From Gammaproteobacteria bacterium (lineage in GTDB: Bacteria > Pseudomonadota > Gammaproteobacteria > Eutrophobiales > Eutrophobiaceae): 64,000 nucleotides of DNA. This document shows, one piece after another, positions 59,150 to 64,000 of the stretch. Within the stretch, counting starts at the first letter, position 1. The number at the start of each line of letters is the position of its first letter. Under the pieces are notes generated by a model that saw nothing but the letters and a program-made list of their open reading frames with translations, was not told where the DNA came from and did not search any database. The stretch is from NCBI GenBank assembly GCA_963422205.2, contig CAXMWX010000005.1, positions 736,001-800,000 on the forward strand. Direction: 5' to 3'. The position numbers were made by a program, and so were the translations under genes.

Positions 59150-59269
59150 TTATTCGCGATGAGTTTAATGAGGGGCTGGAGCTGATCGCGCATGACATTT
59201 TCGGGTCGTCGCTGATTCAAAGAGTGTAAGCTCACTTCGTAGTCTCCATCAAAACACTGTGGACTTTTC

Positions 59270-61718
59270 CAGAGGTGGGCAACAACTAGTTACTATTTGA
59301 GTAATTGTAACGGTAACTTTGTTACTTTTTTGAAACTGCAACGAAACCGGTAACTAGTTACAAAATTAGACCTGTAAAAGTTACAGTTACTTTTTTTAGT
59401 GACGACACACGCATGCTGGACTACGTTTCGGCTCACGCGTTAAGTTCAATACTCCTCTGCCCTCAAGCGCAGCTGTGGAAAGGCTGTTCACCCGAGGAAA
59501 AGACAATTTAAAACCAAAAAGAGCTGGTTTGACCGACGAGCATTTGGAGATGCTTGCCTTTTTGAAAGGTTAATTTTTGATAAATGAGTTGACGAATGTT
59601 GTTGTTTATATGAAAAGTTTAGCATAGGTGCAGTGGCGCCGCCGGGAAAAAACATTGGGGGGGACGAAATGACGTCATAACTTGTGATTTTTGCAGAGCT
59701 ACACGAAAACATGAATAAGACGATAAGACGCATTAGCTTTCCGTAGGTGTAGTTTAATCGGCATTCCTGAAGTAGGCTATTGCACTTCTTACTGTAATTT
59801 TTTTTTATTTCGAAATTTTTCATCAAACCAACGTTCTAACTTTTGCAACTTTGTGACAAAAGTGAACAAAATCGCAAAAACTGCTAGATTTCCTTGTACC
59901 TTAAGTATACAAAGCTCTTAGAGCTCTATTATGATGTCACAATTAAATTTTCTCGAATTTTAACGGAAATTTAGAGCAAATAACAGCGAAACATCAAAAT
60001 ATCAAATTAGAATTACTGTGGCTAGCTTACCCTAAAATCAGTAAAAATTGAAAAAAGGGGGGAGCATGTATTCCACATTTTTTCAGGCGTATTTTTTTCG
60101 GCACAACAAATTTGAAACTGATTGAGAAACAAAAAAAGCTTTAGGGGGGTCCGGGGCCATGCTCCCCCGGAAAAATTCGAAAAATTTGCATGCTGCGAAT
60201 GGTTGTTTTAGCGCTTTTCGAATAATTTTCAGGCAAATTTTATTTGAATTTTTGACCTTAATTCTGAGTGTTTTGCAAAATTATTATCCTTAGCGAGCTC
60301 GTACTTTTCTAAGCGAGCTCGTACAGCGCATTGATCGCTTTCTCGTGATAGGAAGATAAATAATATGCAACTAAATACATTTACATTCGATACAACAGCT
60401 GGAAAAAATATACGGTGTCCATAACGTCTTGTTGCAATTTAAAAGAAATTTCTCTTTGTTTTGAATGCCACAGCAGAGTTCGTGGACTGTTCTCTTTTTT
60501 TGAAAAATATAGCAAAACATTTTTTTGCAATTTGACTCACAAAAAACATCGTCAAGCCCAATGAAAATTTACCGCAACATTAATTTATTGAAAAAAATTA
60601 TCGGCGATGATTTATCGATTACCGATATCGTTTAAAAAATTGATATTTATCGGTATCGCTTAAGGTTTTTTGAAATTATCGATTATCGTTATCGCTTTAC
60701 TACAGAAAGGTTTATCGTGCCCATCACTGATAGTGGTTGTGGGTCTGCAATCTGCATGCTTCAACGGTTAAACATTTTGTTACGCCTTCCTTTTTCTATA
60801 GGCCTACCAGCTTTTCATCCTTTGCTTACGTCTGAGTATGTTCTGCGCAGAAATAAACAACAACAAAAATATTGCTGAAGCGCAGTAAATTACATTCTGC
60901 TTTGGATTGCCAATCAATCTATGTATAATGAATACTTGCTAAAACTTAAAAGATTTCTGATTTTGAAAAACCCTCACTTGCACGCTGCTGCTTTAAATAT
61001 CTCAAAACGTTACACTATATAGCTTCGTGAAATTACAGTACGTGAAGCCAGGTATGATTTCACAAAGTATTGAAATATCTTAGGGGGCTTTTATAGTACA
61101 ACAGCTGGTCATTGATACGAAATGTAACCATTGTCTTTTACAGTAAGCAGCGATTGCTTCTGTTACATGAGTTTGCAAATTGCGAAATTAGGAATGTCAA
61201 AAAATATTAGAACACGAGATGGAGCAAGACATTTTGTTACAAAAATTACATTGCCGAAAGCATCTGACGTAGCACATTGGGTTGACCGAGTGGTTGGTGC
61301 ATTGGGCTCCGAAGCTGGCTTTGCGGGTTTGATGTTCAACTAAGTGATCTTTCTGATGCTTGTACTTCACTACCACAAAAATCCTAAACTGCAATTAAGT
61401 GGCTTGAAAAAAAAAAAAAAACGAAAGCATCTGACGTCACCCCCATCCCTTGAAAAAAAAAAACTCTGCGGTTCTAGGCGATGTGAAAAAATGATCAAAG
61501 AATTATTGTGGGGGCGGTCGCCCCCTCGTGGCGGCTCCCCTGCATAGATGATGGATGTAATCACAAGAGATAGAGAACTTAATGCTTTGGGGTAAAATTT
61601 TTGTTTATCGAAAGTAACGGTAACCAGTTACTTTTTCAAAACAGTGACTGTAACCTAGTTATTTTTTCCCAAGTAACTGTAACTAACTTACATTTAGAAA
61701 GTAACGGACCCACCACTG
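59270..61718. mobile_element. hAT-type element with GTAAC/GTTAC subterminal repeats and nested insertions
   Basis: CAGAGGTGGG / CCCACCACTG; TSD GACTTTTC/GGCTTTTC. Confidence 0.75.
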
Positions 61719-62831
61719 GGCTTTTCTGCTCTGTGATGATTTGACACTAATTTTTACTGAATATGCTAGTAGGCCTAATCTTTTGAGCTAATTGTACAGC
61801 AATTAGTTTTGACTGGTTAGTAAACAAATCAATGCGACGCTTGTTTGTCTTCGACTCAGTTCTCTATAGCTCTATGCTAATGTAGGCCTATACTTTTTCC
61901 AAAACGTTGATTCGGCAAAAATTATGTAGTCTTACCCAATACGCCTAACTGCTTTTTTCTAAATTCAGAACAACAAAGTCAGCGTAAATCATTTGCTTTA
62001 TTACGTAATGTCATTATACACTATTTGCGTTAATGCATTGAAAATAATATGTACCAGCACACTAACAGCTGGTTATTTGCAAGAAAGTTAAGTTTAGTCA
62101 GGTTGTTAATCTGGATTTAAATCAGTATTATTAAATGACATTTTAGTTTAAATACAATCTTTTTACCGTTCGATGTAGCCTACTAAAAATGTGTGGGCCT
62201 ATTAATTTTTGCATCTTATTTTATTGTGTCATTGAGGAATTTAACCACGTCAAGTTTTTTGCTAGATGATATCATTTTTTTCACATAAAAACTGAAATTG
62301 CAGAACAAGAAAATGCAGCAGGCTGTGCCCCTAACACTAAATTTCATTGTAAAGAAAATTTGTTTTTGAAGGAATTAGTAATACTAACCTTTTCATTAAA
62401 AATCATTGTGCTTTATGTTATTACAAATTTTAGATATTCATCGTTGATGCATTTGATGGCTATTTTGTCGAACAGCATAAGCACATTTCCTCAGTAAATA
62501 ATTAATTTAAATAGTCTAAGTTTAAAAGCATCTTATATACAGTTCGATGTTACTGTAAGTAATAGTTGTAATACTCGATGTTACTGTAAGTAATACTTCA
62601 TGGCAATACTGTAATTCTCTTAGTAGCCTATTGATCGCAATCATGATAAATCAACAAAAATTGGTCAAAGTAGAAAAAGACAAATGATTCGTAGATTAAC
62701 AAGACCACACATGGACTAAGTTAATGTTTTGCGGAAGAATCTGCTAGACTGGGAGAGAGTTACAAATGTATAAAACTGAGTAAATACGTTTGTTTAAAAG
62801 CACCTATCATCCATGACTATTGCATTTAGTA

Positions 62832-63390
62832 TTATTCTTGTGTGATGCTTTTCACCCAGTCCATCATCACCATCAAGTTTGTATAATAACCGGGAACTTG
62901 AGTGTCGACTCCTTGTACAGGAACTGTTTGGCCGCATCCCCAACCCCAGCTGACTATGCCAGCCTGGACCCAGCACCGCTTTATCTCGTCTCCGTCGAGA
63001 TAAGCCACCTGAAAAAAATTTATCGCATTAATTTTGCGAAGATTAGGCTATTGACGAACACAAAAGGTATCCAGCTGAAAAGCCAAAACCTTCCTAAATT
63101 TTTTGTTATGCCGATTTATACACGCTACATTGATGCCAGACGCGCAAAACCGCAAAATTACTTGGTTTTATCCCTCTTATTTAAAAAAATCCTGCCAGAA
63201 TCTTGAATTAGAAGTGACTTCATTAATGATCATTCCGCTTACTTCTCGAACAAGCGGCCCACCGCTGTCTCCGTGGCATGAGTCAATATTTTGATTAGCA
63301 ATTCCGCTAGAAGCACATATCATTCTGTCAGAGAAAGGTATCCCAACACCGCCTTCCCACTGTATATGCCTGTCGGTAAACTCTCTGCAC
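62832..63390 (-). CDS. Trypsin-like (S1A) serine protease, last two coding exons (63243-63390 and 62832-63008); upstream exons lie beyond the window
   Basis: MICA..DSCHGDSGGPLVRE|VAYL..WVQAGIVSWGWGCG..PGYYTNL..DWVKSITQE*. Catalytic Ser motif and Asp189-type S1 pocket are present. The intron is GTAAGC..TTTCAG in phase 0. Confidence 0.92.
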
Positions 63391-63569
63391 CTGTAACAAA
63401 GCAAAAAGCTGTTTTTACCCTTTAATTTTATTATGTAAAAATCGACTACTCTACTGGCCTAACAATAGTTACAGTATAACTGGACAGAAATTGTCGAATC
63501 TATTTGCTGTGAACGAAACATGTGCAAATTGTGCATCCTTTTCTGTAAAGTCTTTAGAAGTTTAAGTCG

Positions 63570-63950
63570 ACCAAATTTCACACAAATCTATTTGTTGACG
63601 ACACTGTTTTATTAATGAAAGATAAAAATGTTAATAATTTGCGAAAAATGGTAAATGAAGAACTTCAATTAATTGATAACTGGATGAAATTTAATCGTCT
63701 GTCCTTGAATTGCGCTAAATTTGCATTTTTTCCAACTGGTTTAAACCAAAAAAATAATTTTTTTGAAAACTTTTCGATCAATGTAGGAGGTTCTGATATT
63801 TTATGCGTAGAAACAGCGAGATACTTAGGAATTGTAGTAGACAGATCCCTAGCATGAACTAATCAAGTTATAAACAAAATTGCCAAAGCAGCTGGAGCCT
63901 TATCAAAAGCGCAAGACATTACGTCAATAAGAAAATGATGGTTCAACTCT
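63570..63950 (+). mobile_element. CR1-group LINE RT fragment in a protease intron
   Basis: LFVDDTVL, IDNWMKFNRLSLN, ARYLGIVVDRSL. Confidence 0.8.
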
Positions 63951-64000
63951 ATCAGGAGCGTATTTAGGGGGGTATTGGGCCATGTCCTCCCCCCTTTTGA

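Overview
AT-rich, intron-containing, transposon-dense animal DNA. It is not prokaryotic, and the lineage cannot be fixed from sequence alone; an invertebrate deuterostome such as a tunicate is only a guess. Three host genes are supported. (1) A natriuretic-peptide-receptor-like transmembrane guanylyl cyclase on the minus strand: 21 exons rebuilt by hand from 26777 down to 90, all phase-compatible, about 1128 aa in the window, with the 3' end outside it. (2) IFT80 on the plus strand (47268..49550) with a fully intronless CDS. (3) The last two exons of a trypsin-type S1A serine protease on the minus strand (62832..63390). The rest is nested mobile DNA: a full-length but decayed Chapaev3 (CMC, RAG1/Transib-related) transposon with CAC..GTG ends and TTA target site duplication (TSD), many hAT-type non-autonomous elements with 8-bp TSDs, MULE- and pogo-type MITEs, at least three tRNA-headed SINE families, and RTE, CR1 and Crack-like LINE remnants. 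Most notable: the cyclase ectodomain has an ~83-aa acidic insertion with its own Cys pair and lacks both conserved lobe disulfides; its catalytic motifs are atypical; a spliced minus-strand transcript may start head-to-head with IFT80; two different hAT elements share one 8-bp target present in three copies; and TAGGCCTA/TAGCCTA is over-represented. Family names come from recalled motifs, and no database search was run.
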